NCBI GenBank assembly: GCA_000092065.1
Contig: CP000589.1
DNA from: Ostreococcus lucimarinus
Lineage: Eukaryota
Strand: one strand, 5' to 3'
Length of the DNA stretch: 64,000 nt
In this document: positions 20,630 to 30,661 of the stretch, piece by piece
How the letters are laid out: every line of letters begins with the position of its first letter
Numbering within the stretch: the first letter of the stretch is position 1
The notes under the pieces: model-generated
Databases searched by the model: none
Told to the model about the DNA's origin: nothing
Seen by the model: only the letters and a program-made list of their open reading frames with translations
Translations under genes and position numbers: made by a program

Positions 20630-22012
20630 CTACACCGCGTCCCCCCAACGAGCCCTGTCGCTCATCTCTACCCCGTCCTCGTCTTCGTCGTGTTTGAGCG
20701 AAAAGTACATGTTTTCTTCCTCCGGTCTGAACATGTAGCCCGTGGCGACGTAGTACGCCAGCGTCGCGAGCTCGTTGAAAAACGCCGCCGTCCAGCGCAA
20801 CTCGTACTCCACCGTGGACTTGAGCAAGTAGACGATGATGCGAGTGAAGTAGATGTACGCCACGGTCATGACGTAAAAGTGACGGAACAGTAACAGCTTT
20901 TCCAAATTCCTCGCCTTCTTCTCGCTCGAATCCGAGGTGTCGCGCAAGTGCTTGATGCTCCACACAATCGGCACCAACACGGCGCAGCAGCACATGATGT
21001 CGATGACGATGAACATGTTTTGCCACGCGAACCAGCCTTGATCGGCGGGACCTTCTTCGCCTATCACGACCGCGGCTATGTTGGCCAGCACTTGGAGCGG
21101 GATCACGGCCATGAGCAAATTCTTCTCGCGCTGGTGCAAAAACGGCTTCAAGAAGCTCCACCCCATGCCCACGAGGGCGATGACGCTAAACATGAGCATC
21201 GACCGACAGACGGTGAAGACGTAGTACGCCGCCGTCCATCCACGCGATGACCCAGTGAGTCGCGTGATGTGATACCGCCCCGCCTGCGCGAGCACGGAGA
21301 GCGTCTTGAAACACACGAGCGCGAGCATGAGCCAGTGAATCTTTCGCACGCCGCGCTGCCCGTTCGCTCGACCGAGAATGAACGCCCACGCCACGGCCGC
21401 GCACGTGTCCAACAAAAAGAACAAGTAATACACGCTCGGTAACGACTTCTCGCCCGCTCCCAAGTAATCATTACGCCCCCTGGCGTCTTTATTCGCAAAC
21501 GTCGTCGTGATCTCAAACGACACCACCGTGTGCGGCGCGCAGCTGGCGAAAAACAGCATGTAATCCCCCGGCACCTTTATCTCCTTCATGAACTCGTACG
21601 AACTCACCTCCCGCTCACCCTTCTTCAACTGCGCGTCCATATCCGCGAACGTGAACGCCTGATCGACGAAATCCACGTCCAACACGCACGCCCCGTCCTC
21701 GAGCGCGGCGTCGAGCGCGCCCTCGTCCTTGGCCTCGGTGATGAAAAACCCGAGCTTTGTCTTATCCAGCGGCGGCGCGTGTTCGGGCAGGTACACGCGC
21801 GATTCTTTCAGCGCGATCTCCATCGTCCCCCCCACCGCGAACCCGAACGGTTCGCGCAGTAAAATCAAGCTCCTATCGTCCTTGGACACCTCGTACGTCG
21901 CGATCCGCGCCTCCGCCGTCGCCGCCGTCATCGCCACCGCCACCACCGCGCACGCCGCGCCCAGCGCCGCCCGCGCGACGCCCGTTCGTCCTCGCCGCAC
22001 CATCGCGCGCGG
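20630..22012 (-). CDS. Lung seven-transmembrane receptor family protein (GPR107/GPR108/TMEM87-like)
   Basis: Signal peptide, a luminal domain of about 200 aa, then seven hydrophobic helices with the family's conserved spacing. Start placed at MVRRGRTG. Confidence 0.7.
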   Translation of the reverse strand, partial: PRAMVRRGRTGVARAALGAACAVVAVAMTAATAEARIATYEVSKDDRSLILLREPFGFAVGGTMEIALKESRVYLPEHAPPLDKTKLGFFITEAKDEGALDAALEDGACVLDVDFVDQAFTFADMDAQLKKGEREVSSYEFMKEIKVPGDYMLFFASCAPHTVVSFEITTTFANKDARGRNDYLGAGEKSLPSVYYLFFLLDTCAAVAWAFILGRANGQRGVRKIHWLMLALVCFKTLSVLAQAGRYHITRLTGSSRGWTAAYYVFTVCRSMLMFSVIALVGMGWSFLKPFLHQREKNLLMAVIPLQVLANIAAVVIGEEGPADQGWFAWQNMFIVIDIMCCCAVLVPIVWSIKHLRDTSDSSEKKARNLEKLLLFRHFYVMTVAYIYFTRIIVYLLKSTVEYELRWTAAFFNELATLAYYVATGYMFRPEEENMYFSLKHDEDEDGVEMSDRARWGDAV

Positions 22013-22276
22013 TGATCGCGCCGGTCGAGATCCGCGCCGTCGCTCGCGTCGATCGATCGAATCCAATCCAATCCAATCGAACGCCGCCTCGGGCGCGCGA
22101 ATCGGAATTCGACGCGCGCGTCGCGCGCGCGCGCGCGATCCGCCCCCGTCGCGCGCGCGCGCGTCGTATCCGCGTCGTCGCCGTCGCCGCGATCGAATCG
22201 CGTCGCGAACTCGCGCGCCGCGCGCGCCGGACGCGACGGACGCGTCGCGCGCGCGCACACCCGGAAGCGACGACCG

Positions 22277-22298
22277 GCGCGCCCGACCCTAAACCCTA
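22277..22298. repeat. Interstitial telomere-like repeat / telo-box (gaCCCTAAACCCTAAAtac) in a divergent promoter region
   Basis: 2.3 telomere units lying between the GPR107-like gene (-) and the AOX gene (+). Confidence 0.85.
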
Positions 22299-22436
22299 AA
22301 TACCCGGAAGTGACGGGACGACCGACGACCGCATCCAGGGTGCCTCGTCCGCGCGCGCGCGACGGCGTCGCACATCGCGACTCGACGCGACGCGCGACCG
22401 ACGCGACGGGGCGCGACGCGGCGACGACGACCCGGC

Positions 22437-23630
22437 ATGCGACGCGCGTGGGAGGAACTCGCGCGACGCGCGACGCGCGACCGAGGACGCGACGCGCGAT
22501 GGGCGATGACGACGACGACGACGACGACGACGACGGATCGCGCGGTGACGGCGCGCGCGACGCGATTCGCGACGACGGCGGCGCGTGGACCGGAAATGAA
22601 ATGGCGATGCGTCGGAGCGCGCGCGATGGGAGCGCCGAGGACGCGCGCGTGCGCGTGCGCACGGTGCGCGGGCGAGCGAGGCGCGCGCGCGAGGGAGGGT
22701 GCGCGCGCGGGGGCGTCGACGGGGGGGGGGAAGGGACGGACGTTCGCGTCGTCGACGAGCGAGGCGAGCGCGCGAGCGGCGGAGGTGGTGCGAGATGAGG
22801 CGAGCGAGGCGGCGAGCGCGAAATTAGCGGCCGCGATGGCGCGGAGCGCGGACTCGTACATGCTGTTTCACCCGCAGTACGACTTGCGACAGGTGGAAAA
22901 CGTGAAACCGGCGCATCGACAGCCGAGACACGTGCGCGATTACTTGGCGTACGGGTTGGTGCAATTCTCGCGATGGTCGTTCGATAAAGTCACCGGGTAC
23001 ACGCCGAAGAAATCGCTCACCACGGATGGATGGTTGATGAGATTCATCTTTTTGGAAACCGTCGCGGGGGTGCCCGGCATGGTGGGCGCGATGCTGCGAC
23101 ACATGATGTCTCTGCGCACGCTCAAGCGCGATCACGGTTGGATTCACACCTTGCTCGAGGAAGCGGAAAACGAACGCATGCACTTGCTGACGTTCCTGAA
23201 GCTTCGCGAACCAGGGCTGATGTTTCGACTCGCCGTCCTCGGCGCGCAAGGGGTGTTTTTCAACGCCTTTTTTCTGTCGTATCTGATTTCTCCGCGAACG
23301 TGCCATCGATTCGTGGGGTATCTTGAAGAGGAAGCCGTGCGCACGTACACGCACGCGTTGCACGACATCGACGGCGACGGTCCCGCGAGCGAATGGGCGA
23401 CGATGCCCGCGCCCAAGCTCGCGATTAAATACTGGCGAATGCCCGACGACGCCACGGTGCGCGATTTAATCATCGCCGTGCGCGCCGACGAAGCGTCGCA
23501 CTCCCACGTCAATCACACCCTGTCTTCCATGGGTATTCGACAAGCCAATCCGTTCCACGTCGGTCACACCGAGTTGCCGGAGAATTTCGTCGAGCCGCCT
23601 GCGGGCTTCGTCCCGGAACACTGCCGTTAA
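22437..23630 (+). CDS. AOX: Alternative oxidase (mitochondrial di-iron quinol oxidase)
   Basis: LETVAGVPGMVGAMLRH, LEEAENERMHLLTF, and EEEAVRTY..DEASH iron-ligand motifs. Arg/Ala/Thr-rich presequence with a (GAC)n microsatellite; exact start uncertain. Confidence 0.85.
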   Translation: MRRAWEELARRATRDRGRDARWAMTTTTTTTTTDRAVTARATRFATTAARGPEMKWRCVGARAMGAPRTRACACARCAGERGARAREGARAGASTGGGKGRTFASSTSEASARAAEVVRDEASEAASAKLAAAMARSADSYMLFHPQYDLRQVENVKPAHRQPRHVRDYLAYGLVQFSRWSFDKVTGYTPKKSLTTDGWLMRFIFLETVAGVPGMVGAMLRHMMSLRTLKRDHGWIHTLLEEAENERMHLLTFLKLREPGLMFRLAVLGAQGVFFNAFFLSYLISPRTCHRFVGYLEEEAVRTYTHALHDIDGDGPASEWATMPAPKLAIKYWRMPDDATVRDLIIAVRADEASHSHVNHTLSSMGIRQANPFHVGHTELPENFVEPPAGFVPEHCR

Positions 23631-23655
23631 GAGACGCGGACGAATCCCGCGCCTC

Positions 23656-23697
23656 GAATTTCGCGTCGGGGCGGCTGAAACGCCCGTCGGGGCGGCT
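23656..23697. repeat. 21-bp tandem repeat x2 (gtcggggcggctgaaacgccc) in the 3' intergenic region
   Basis: Seen directly. Confidence 0.7.
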
Positions 23698-24073
23698 GAA
23701 ACGCCCGGCGCGTCGATTACAACAAATTTCAATTCACTGTATCCATCTCCTCGCACGCGCAGCGCAGCAATAGCAATTAATCACCGTTTTTAATTTTTAA
23801 ATTTTAAGAGCGCATCATTCGTTCGTTCGTTTGGCGGAGGACGAGAAGACGAGCGCCGCGGTTTTATTTTTCTTCGTCGTTGCGTAAATGTATTCACAAA
23901 GGTTCGGGGGACGAAAGAAACGGAAATCAAAACGATCGATCGACGAAACTCCGCCTAACGCCGCCTTTGTCCGCGCGTCGCGAGACGCGGCACGACGCTT
24001 ATTCTGTATATAAAGTAAACTCGAGAAGACGACGTCGCGTTCCGGCGACGGCGGCGTCGGACGCCGCGTTCGT

Positions 24074-24131
24074 TTCCATCGACGACGCAGCGAGCCAATA
24101 ACATCAGCCCTTTCGCTGCGTCGCGTCACGT
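24074..24131 (-). other. Candidate SECIS element in the 3'UTR of the Prx5-like gene
   Basis: Minus-strand RNA reads GUGA-CGC-GACGCAGCGA-[AAGGGCUGAUGUUAUUGGC]-UCGCUGCGUC-GUC-GA-UGG. There is a UGA/GA non-Watson-Crick quartet, a helix of about 12 bp, and an apical loop starting AA. It lies about 70 nt after the stop codon. Confidence 0.5.
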
Positions 24132-24202
24132 ACGTACGCGCACATCCTCAACCATCGCGTTGAACCTCGTCGTCTTCGTCCCGTCAAAGTCATCGCGCGC
24201 GT

Positions 24203-24820
24203 CTACAACGCCGCGATTTCCTTCAACATGTTGTCGATGCACGACGCCTCCGGTCGCGCGTCTCCCGCGGGATCGTCCGGCGCTTCGCTCACGTTCAGCA
24301 CCTTGATCACCCCATCGTCGACGTACATCGCGAAGCGTTTGCATCGCTTCGGTCCGAGCTTCGCGCACGGTCCGGGCGCGACGAGCTCCACGTCCAGCGC
24401 CTTCGTGATCACCGAATTCGGATCCGCGAGGAACGAAATGTTTGACCCTTGAATCTTTTGATCGATCGCCCACGCCCCCATGACGGCGGCGTCGTTCACG
24501 CACATCACCAGCACCTCATCGATCCCGCTCGCGCGCAGCGCGTCCTGCCCCGCGAGGTATCCCGGGACCTGACACGTCGATCACGTCGGCGTGAACGCGC
24601 CGGGCAGGCCGACGACGAGCGATTTTTTACCGGCGAGACGCGCGCGCATCTTCACCGGCGTCGGCCAGGAGGGCTCGTGCGATTGCGCGACGACGTCGGG
24701 GAATTGGTCGCCGACGGCCACCATCGCGAGCGGCGGGAAGTCGACCGCGCGCGCGAGTGACGACCGAAGGCGAACGATCCGTGGGCGATCTCGTTGGACG
24801 GACACCCGGGCCCCGGGCAA
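24203..24820 (-). CDS. Prx5-type (type II) peroxiredoxin with an in-frame TGA at the peroxidatic-Cys position: putative selenocysteine peroxiredoxin
   Basis: Upstream ORF ends ..LVVGLPGAFTPT-TGA. It continues in the same frame as STCQVPGYLAGQDALRASGIDEVLVMCVNDAAVMGAW..FLADPNSVITKAL..KRFAMYVDDGVIKVLNV. In Prx5 the catalytic motif is PGAFTP(T/G)CS..H.PG(Y/F). Here TGA (forward 24580-24582) replaces the Cys codon with no spacing change. Confidence 0.7.
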
Positions 24821-24996
24821 CCGACCGGGGGCGCGAGACGTCCATCGCGACGAGACGCGCGAGATCGAACGGCGATGGACGACGCAAAGGAGTGCGTGTA
24901 TGATTATATATTTATCTTATTAACCGTAAATAGAGTCATTCGTAGACGCATGTCACGTCGCGCGCCGGAACGGAACGCGGCGGAACGTTGGTTTCA

Positions 24997-25791
24997 TCAA
25001 TACGGATTGATGTATCCGGGGCACTGATTCCAGTTGGGCTTCAAGTCCTTCTTGATCTCGTCCGGTGCAAACTCAGTGACGCAAACGTGCGCGAAGAGCA
25101 AGGCGAAACCGGGATCGATGCCGGGCTTGGTCGTGATCTCGTGCGGGTACTTGGAAATCCAACCGCCGCGGAGCTCGGCGGTGAAGGCGGCGCACTCCCA
25201 CTTCAAGTCGGAGCCTTCGCAGCAGAAGAGATCGAATCGATCGATCGTCGTCCCATCGGCGGTCTTGATCTTGTACGAAATCTTCGTCACGTACTCCTTG
25301 TCGGTGACGTTCACATTCCGACGTTGGTGTCCTTGTTCGTCTCTGGTATAGTGCACCGACACTTGACGCGTGCAGTAGCCTTTGGCTTTGATCTTCACCG
25401 AGTACGCCCCGCCCGGGGTCTTCACCGACTTCAACTTGGCCTCGGAAAACGTGCGCCATTTCATAGAGTAAAACCTGTTCTCTCCCATCTGCATCTGTTG
25501 CATCATCTGCTTGAACATGTTCGTCACGGTTCGAACGTTGGGGTTATCGTCGCCGTCGTCCTCCGAGTCGGCTCCGAGCGACATCCCCATATCAAAGTGC
25601 GGTTTTTCGTTGTACTTCAACTTCCACAGCACTTGCCCTTTCTTCTTATCGTTCGGGTCGATTCGCGTGTAGTTTTCCAAGTCAATGTACCCAGTCGGGT
25701 CGAAGAAACCCTTCCCTTCGCGATTCAGAAACAGCCAGCGATTGTTCGGTCCCACTTCGTCTCGATAGACTTCGTAGTCCTTGTTGAACAT
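24997..25791 (-). CDS. Hypothetical protein (264 aa), lower-GC and Lys-rich; family not recognised
   Basis: Clean ORF; composition differs from neighbours. Confidence 0.4.
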   Translation of the reverse strand: MFNKDYEVYRDEVGPNNRWLFLNREGKGFFDPTGYIDLENYTRIDPNDKKKGQVLWKLKYNEKPHFDMGMSLGADSEDDGDDNPNVRTVTNMFKQMMQQMQMGENRFYSMKWRTFSEAKLKSVKTPGGAYSVKIKAKGYCTRQVSVHYTRDEQGHQRRNVNVTDKEYVTKISYKIKTADGTTIDRFDLFCCEGSDLKWECAAFTAELRGGWISKYPHEITTKPGIDPGFALLFAHVCVTEFAPDEIKKDLKPNWNQCPGYINPY

Positions 25792-26138
25792 CGAGCACGA
25801 CTTGACGACGAATTTGCTCGGTCCCTGGTGGCGCGTCGCGCGTTCGTCTCGTCGTCAGTCGTTCGTCGCGTCGCGTCGCGGCGCGCGCGTTCACTCGTTC
25901 GCCACGACGCATCCATCATCGCGCGCGACGTCCGATTCGATTCGACGGCGCCTCGGCGCGACGCGCGCGCGTCCGAGCGCGCACCTCCGGGTCGGCGATG
26001 ATGTTCGCCGGCACGTCCGGCGTGCTCTCGCATATGCTCGCGCACGCGCCCATGGCGACGACGACGACGCGACGATGCGATCAATGCGGCCATTTCTAGC
26101 TCGAGTTGCAATAGCGCCCAACTTCACTCTTCGACCCC

Positions 26139-26233
26139 ATGGCGCGTCCTCGCGTCCATCTCACTCGCGTCGCGCCCGCGTCACCGCGCGCGTCGCGTCG
26201 CGCCGAGCGTCACCCGTCTCGCGCGCGACGAAT

Positions 26234-26264
<31 letters not shown>

Positions 26265-27338
26265 TCGTCCCCGTCGCTGCTCTTTGCCACCTCCGCCGCG
26301 CTGGAGCACGTGCAGTTGGGGCACCCGGAGAGCAACGCTCGCGTGCCCGCCATCTTAGACGCCCTCGAGGCGGGCGCTCTGACCCCCGCCGCGAGACCGG
26401 GTGAGGTGTTGGAGATCACAGACGTCGTGCCGGCGACGAAAAAGGCGCTCGAGCGTGTGCACGCGAAGAATTACTGCAACGGGCTCGAGTTGTTGTGCGC
26501 CACGCGAGCGCCGACGAATTTAGACACCGCACCGACGTACTGCACGCCGTCGAGCTTTCAAGACGTGATGCTAGGCGTCGGTGCGGCGACGCGATTGGTG
26601 GATGAGGTGATCGATCGCGCGAAGGAGACGAAAGAAAAGGCGCCGAGCGCGTTTGGTTTGATACGCCCACCGGGACACCACGCGGTGCCGCGAGGGGCGA
26701 TGGGATTTTGTTTGGTCGGCACCGCGGCGGCGGCGGCGAGACACGCGCAGCTTAGAGGGCATAAAAAAGTGCTCATTTTCGATTACGACGTGCACCACGG
26801 TAACGGTACGAATGATATTTTCCGAGACGACGATTCCGTGCTGTTCATCTCCACGCACGAGGACGGGAGCTATCCGGGGACGGGGAAGATTACGGATATG
26901 GGCGAAGGCGATGGTCTGGGTGCGACTATTAATATACCTTTGCCTCCGGGAAGCGGTGATAAGGCGGTGTTGAGCGCTTTGGAAGAAATCGTCGTTCCGG
27001 CGGCGGCGCGGTTCCAACCCGACTTCATCATCGTCAGTGCCGGCTACGACGCGCACTGGCGAGATCCTCTCGCTGGGTTGACGTTTCGCACGGGAACGTA
27101 CCATCGTCTTTGCACAAAGTTGAAAGAACTGGCGAATGAGATGTGCGGCGGGAAAATCGTGTTCTTATTAGAGGGCGGGTATGATTTGGTGGGTTTGAGC
27201 GAAGGCGTCGCGGATTCTTTCCGCGCGCTCTTGGGCGACGCCTCAACGGACGTCGGCGAGATTCCCGGGCTGAGAGACGAGCCCGATGATAAAGTGCGAA
27301 ATGTTCTCACCGAAGTCAAGGCGATGCATCAAGTTTAG
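26139..27338 (+). CDS. Histone deacetylase / acetoin-utilisation family amidohydrolase (HDA14-like), organelle-targeted
   Basis: RPPGHHA, FDYDVHHGNGT, ISAGYDAH motifs; N-terminal transit-like peptide. Confidence 0.85.
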
Positions 27339-27413
27339 ATCGCGATGGATTGTTTTATTTTATTTTTTAATGCTGCTGCAGCGCGACTTGATTTGCTTTT
27401 CAACGCGGTGCGG

Positions 27414-28412
27414 TCACGCGCGAATCGAAGACTCGGATACAATCTCGCAATCCTCACCGTTCACTGCGAGAGTCGACAAGCGTAAGGATTGCGCCGAGCG
27501 CGTGCGCACATTGAATCCGATCCGCTTCGTGGAGTACAACGCGATGTACGCGTCGTATCCGCGATCGCGCAACTCGAAGACGCGACCGTCCTCCGGCGCG
27601 TACATCGTGCGCGCGTCCGCACCGTACGCGCTACTTGAGTATAACACAACACCATCGCGCGCAAACTTGAACAAAATCTTCCACCCGCCGCTGATGCTTT
27701 CACCCGATGCGAGCACGATGTAAATGTCCATGCCAAACTCTGAAGATCCGTCTGCTTGCGGGCTCTCCCATCGAATATCCGTTCTCGCGACGCACCGCGG
27801 TTGATTCGGTGGCGGTGGCGAAAGTGGCGGTGGCGAAGGCGGCGGAGGCGAAGGCGGCGGCCGTTGTAAAGGTGGGGAAGTCGTCGACGCCGGCGCCGGC
27901 GTTGAAGTTGTCGGGTCGTTCACGGCGTTGAAGTTGTCGGGTCGTTCTCTCTGACGTTTGGCTAGAAATTCAACGACAGGATTCTCTACGATCTTACCCT
28001 CGATTTCGATGCTTTCGCGCGCCAACGCCTTCAACATCAGCGTCGACGTTGATTCCAACACTTCCATCGCCTGTCGCCTCGCTTCGTACGTTAGCTCTTC
28101 CTCGCGCGCCAGCGTCGTCGCCGCCCGCGCCGCGGCCTCCATCGAAACCTTCCCGCGCGCGCTCGCGTCGAAATCCAAGTCCGCGCACACGCCCCATTTT
28201 CCGTCCTCCTCCGCCACGCACCACAGCGCCCCGTCTCGTCCGTAGGGCACGCACTCGTTCACGAAGACGTCCTCCGCGAGCTCCAGCGGCCATTTGCACG
28301 AGCGGCCGTCCGCGGTGAACGTCGTCGCGCGCGCGCCCTCGATCGCGAGCGCCGTCGAGACGACGAGCGCCGCGCGCGCGATCGTCCGCGCGCGCTTTTT
28401 CGCGCGCGCCAT
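27414..28412 (-). CDS. Secreted protein: signal peptide, fibronectin type-II-like (kringle-like) module, Pro-rich linker (SPPPPSPPP), C-terminal beta-rich domain
   Basis: CKWPLELAEDVFVNECVPYGRDGALWCVAEEDGKWGVC matches the FN2 spacing of four Cys plus conserved W/G/Y. Confidence 0.5.
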   Translation of the reverse strand: MARAKKRARTIARAALVVSTALAIEGARATTFTADGRSCKWPLELAEDVFVNECVPYGRDGALWCVAEEDGKWGVCADLDFDASARGKVSMEAAARAATTLAREEELTYEARRQAMEVLESTSTLMLKALARESIEIEGKIVENPVVEFLAKRQRERPDNFNAVNDPTTSTPAPASTTSPPLQRPPPSPPPPSPPPLSPPPPNQPRCVARTDIRWESPQADGSSEFGMDIYIVLASGESISGGWKILFKFARDGVVLYSSSAYGADARTMYAPEDGRVFELRDRGYDAYIALYSTKRIGFNVRTRSAQSLRLSTLAVNGEDCEIVSESSIRA

Positions 28413-28587
28413 CGCGCGATCGAGCGTCGTCGCGGCGTCGAGTGAGGCACGAGGATAAGAACAGTCACAAAAACAGTCACAAAAGGCGAACAGTCACACG
28501 ATCGCCGCGCGACGGCGAAAAATTTCGAGTTCAAACCGCGCGCGCGCGCGAACCGCGACGCCGCAGCGCGTCGCGCGCGCGCGTCGG

Positions 28588-29353
28588 CATGCGCGCGGAC
28601 GAATCGCTCGAAAGCGCGTGCGTGCGCGTCGTCCTCGGACTCGTGGGTAAGCGCGCGCGGACGCGCGGCGGTGCGGATGAGAAGGCGAGCGCGAGCGGGA
28701 CGGCGTCGTCGTTCGACGCCGCGCGGTGTCGCGAAATCGTGCTCGAACAGCACGCGAAGCGCAGAAAGGTGAGAGGAGGACGCGTGGGTTCGGTGCGCGG
28801 CGTCAGAGACGCCGACGTCGATGATTTCGACGAGGACGACGAGGACGAGGATGATTACGCGCGCTTGACGGAGGCTGAAGTCGAGCGCGTGTTGCTCGCG
28901 ATGCAAGACGCGATGGAACGAGAACTCGCGAACGAAGAGCGATTGATGAGCGAGCGCGCAGAGGTAGAATATCGCGAAGACGAGGAAGAACAGGAGCGGT
29001 TGACGCGGGCGATTGAGGCGTTTGAGCGATGGAAATTTCCCGAGGCGGAGGACGTCGGCGAGAACGCCGAGTCGAGCGGCGAAGACGTCTTGTGTCCGGT
29101 GTGCGCCACGAGACGGGTGCTTTACAACAGGCACGTGTTATTTTGCGCGTGTGGGGACTTTAGAATCGCGCGTGCCGATGAAAACGTAGGGTTGACGTAC
29201 TTGAAGCGACGTTTGGCGGAGACATTTGAGGCACACGTCTCACGCGGGTGCGGCAACGCTGGTGGGCTTCGGTTTAGCGTGCGCGATGAGTACGGTTTAG
29301 ATGCGTGCGTCGCAAAGTGTGAAAGGTGTTCGTTTTTAGAGATTGTGATGTAG
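28588..29353 (+). CDS. Acidic protein with C-terminal zinc ribbon (CPVC..CAC..C..C), RPA-interacting-protein-like
   Basis: Four paired Cys at the C-terminus and a central acidic coiled region. Family call is tentative. Confidence 0.35.
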
Positions 29354-29413
29354 ATTGTAGAGTGCGTAGAGATTACTTGCTTCTCGTGTTTTACAGCTCG
29401 CGCGCGTTGCGTA

Positions 29414-30658
29414 CTACTTTGCGTTCAGTGCTTCCTTTTCATCCCTCGCGGTGATAATCAAAGCAAATATATCTTCATCCGTCAACTTGTCTTCGTTGTG
29501 AAGTCGGCGAATGTGGTGCGCGATATTTTCATCGGTGTAGCCGAGCGCGACGCCGACCAAGGCTTGCTGAAACGCTCCTGCGATGTTTCGCGTCGCCTGA
29601 ACGCCCATGGAGACGAGCACGTTCGCGGTTTCCTTGGCGGTCTCGCGATAAATTACCGCTGTGATGCCGTTGGAGAACTCGGGGTTACCATCTTTATCCT
29701 CTCCCACTTGATACCTCGCTTCTGAAAGTCTCATTGAAATAGACGCATCCTGCGTCAACATGTCCTCAAGCGTCGCCGCTGCGAACGGGGCGCGAACGCT
29801 ATCTTCGAGCGCATCCGTCCAGTCGCACACGATTTGCATCAACACCACATCTCGGTGACCGTGTTTCAGCGCCAAGAGTTCCCCCGTCATCTTCGTCGCG
29901 CTCTCCGTGGGGTCCTTGATGACTCGCCTCGAGTGCGCGCCGTCGCCCTCCGTCCAAAAGCGCGGGTTCTTCTTCACCGCTTGTTCTAACCCATTCAACG
30001 TCAGCGCCTTATCCACGCTCGAAACCAGCGTTAAAGCATCGCTTTCCCGTTCGACCCGTCGCTCGTACGACTTAATCGCGCGTTTAAACTTGTCCGCGTC
30101 TCGCACGTTTTTCAGCCTCGTCAGCGGCGTTCGCTCGTCCAGCAACGCTCCCGAGATCCCAATCCGCGCCTGATTCGCCCCGCCCTGATCCAATATCTGC
30201 GCCTTCTTCCCCTCTAACTCACCCTCGACGAGCTGTCGTCCACCCGTGCTCATCCCCACTCGCTTCACGACGAACCACCGCAGCGCGTCTCGCGTCTCGT
30301 CTTCATCCGCGCGATCGCGTCCGCTCCCATCCGCCGCTTCCGCGGTGACGCGCAGCAAGTCCCCGACCGTGGCCATCTCGAGCACCTCGCGAGATCGCGC
30401 GACGACGGGATCCAGGTCTTCGCTTCCGCTCGTCATCGTCGCCGTCGCCGTCGAAGACGATGTCGTTGACGATGACGATTGATTCGCGCGGTGCGGCGGC
30501 ATGAACGCGTCCATGCCGTCCGACATCGCGCGCACCGTTCCCGCGCGCCTCGATCGACGCGTCACGCGCGTCGATCGCGCGAACGCGGCGTCGCGCGCGA
30601 CGCAACGAAGCGATGTCATGACGATCGCGTCCCGCTCGAAATATCTCCCGCGCGTCAC
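29414..30658 (-). CDS. Conserved hypothetical protein, probably organelle-targeted
   Basis: 414-aa ORF with a presequence-like N-terminus; no family recognised. Confidence 0.4.
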   Translation of the reverse strand: MTRGRYFERDAIVMTSLRCVARDAAFARSTRVTRRSRRAGTVRAMSDGMDAFMPPHRANQSSSSTTSSSTATATMTSGSEDLDPVVARSREVLEMATVGDLLRVTAEAADGSGRDRADEDETRDALRWFVVKRVGMSTGGRQLVEGELEGKKAQILDQGGANQARIGISGALLDERTPLTRLKNVRDADKFKRAIKSYERRVERESDALTLVSSVDKALTLNGLEQAVKKNPRFWTEGDGAHSRRVIKDPTESATKMTGELLALKHGHRDVVLMQIVCDWTDALEDSVRAPFAAATLEDMLTQDASISMRLSEARYQVGEDKDGNPEFSNGITAVIYRETAKETANVLVSMGVQATRNIAGAFQQALVGVALGYTDENIAHHIRRLHNEDKLTDEDIFALIITARDEKEALNAK

Positions 30659-30661
30659 TCA

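Noticed and set aside
24541-24600. Alternative reading of the Prx5 break as an intron or a 9-bp insertion (TGATCGACG) causing a nonsense mutation
   Set aside because: Not fully excluded. The TGA falls exactly on the catalytic Cys codon with correct spacing, and a SECIS-like hairpin follows the gene. That makes recoding a better explanation than a random nonsense mutation.
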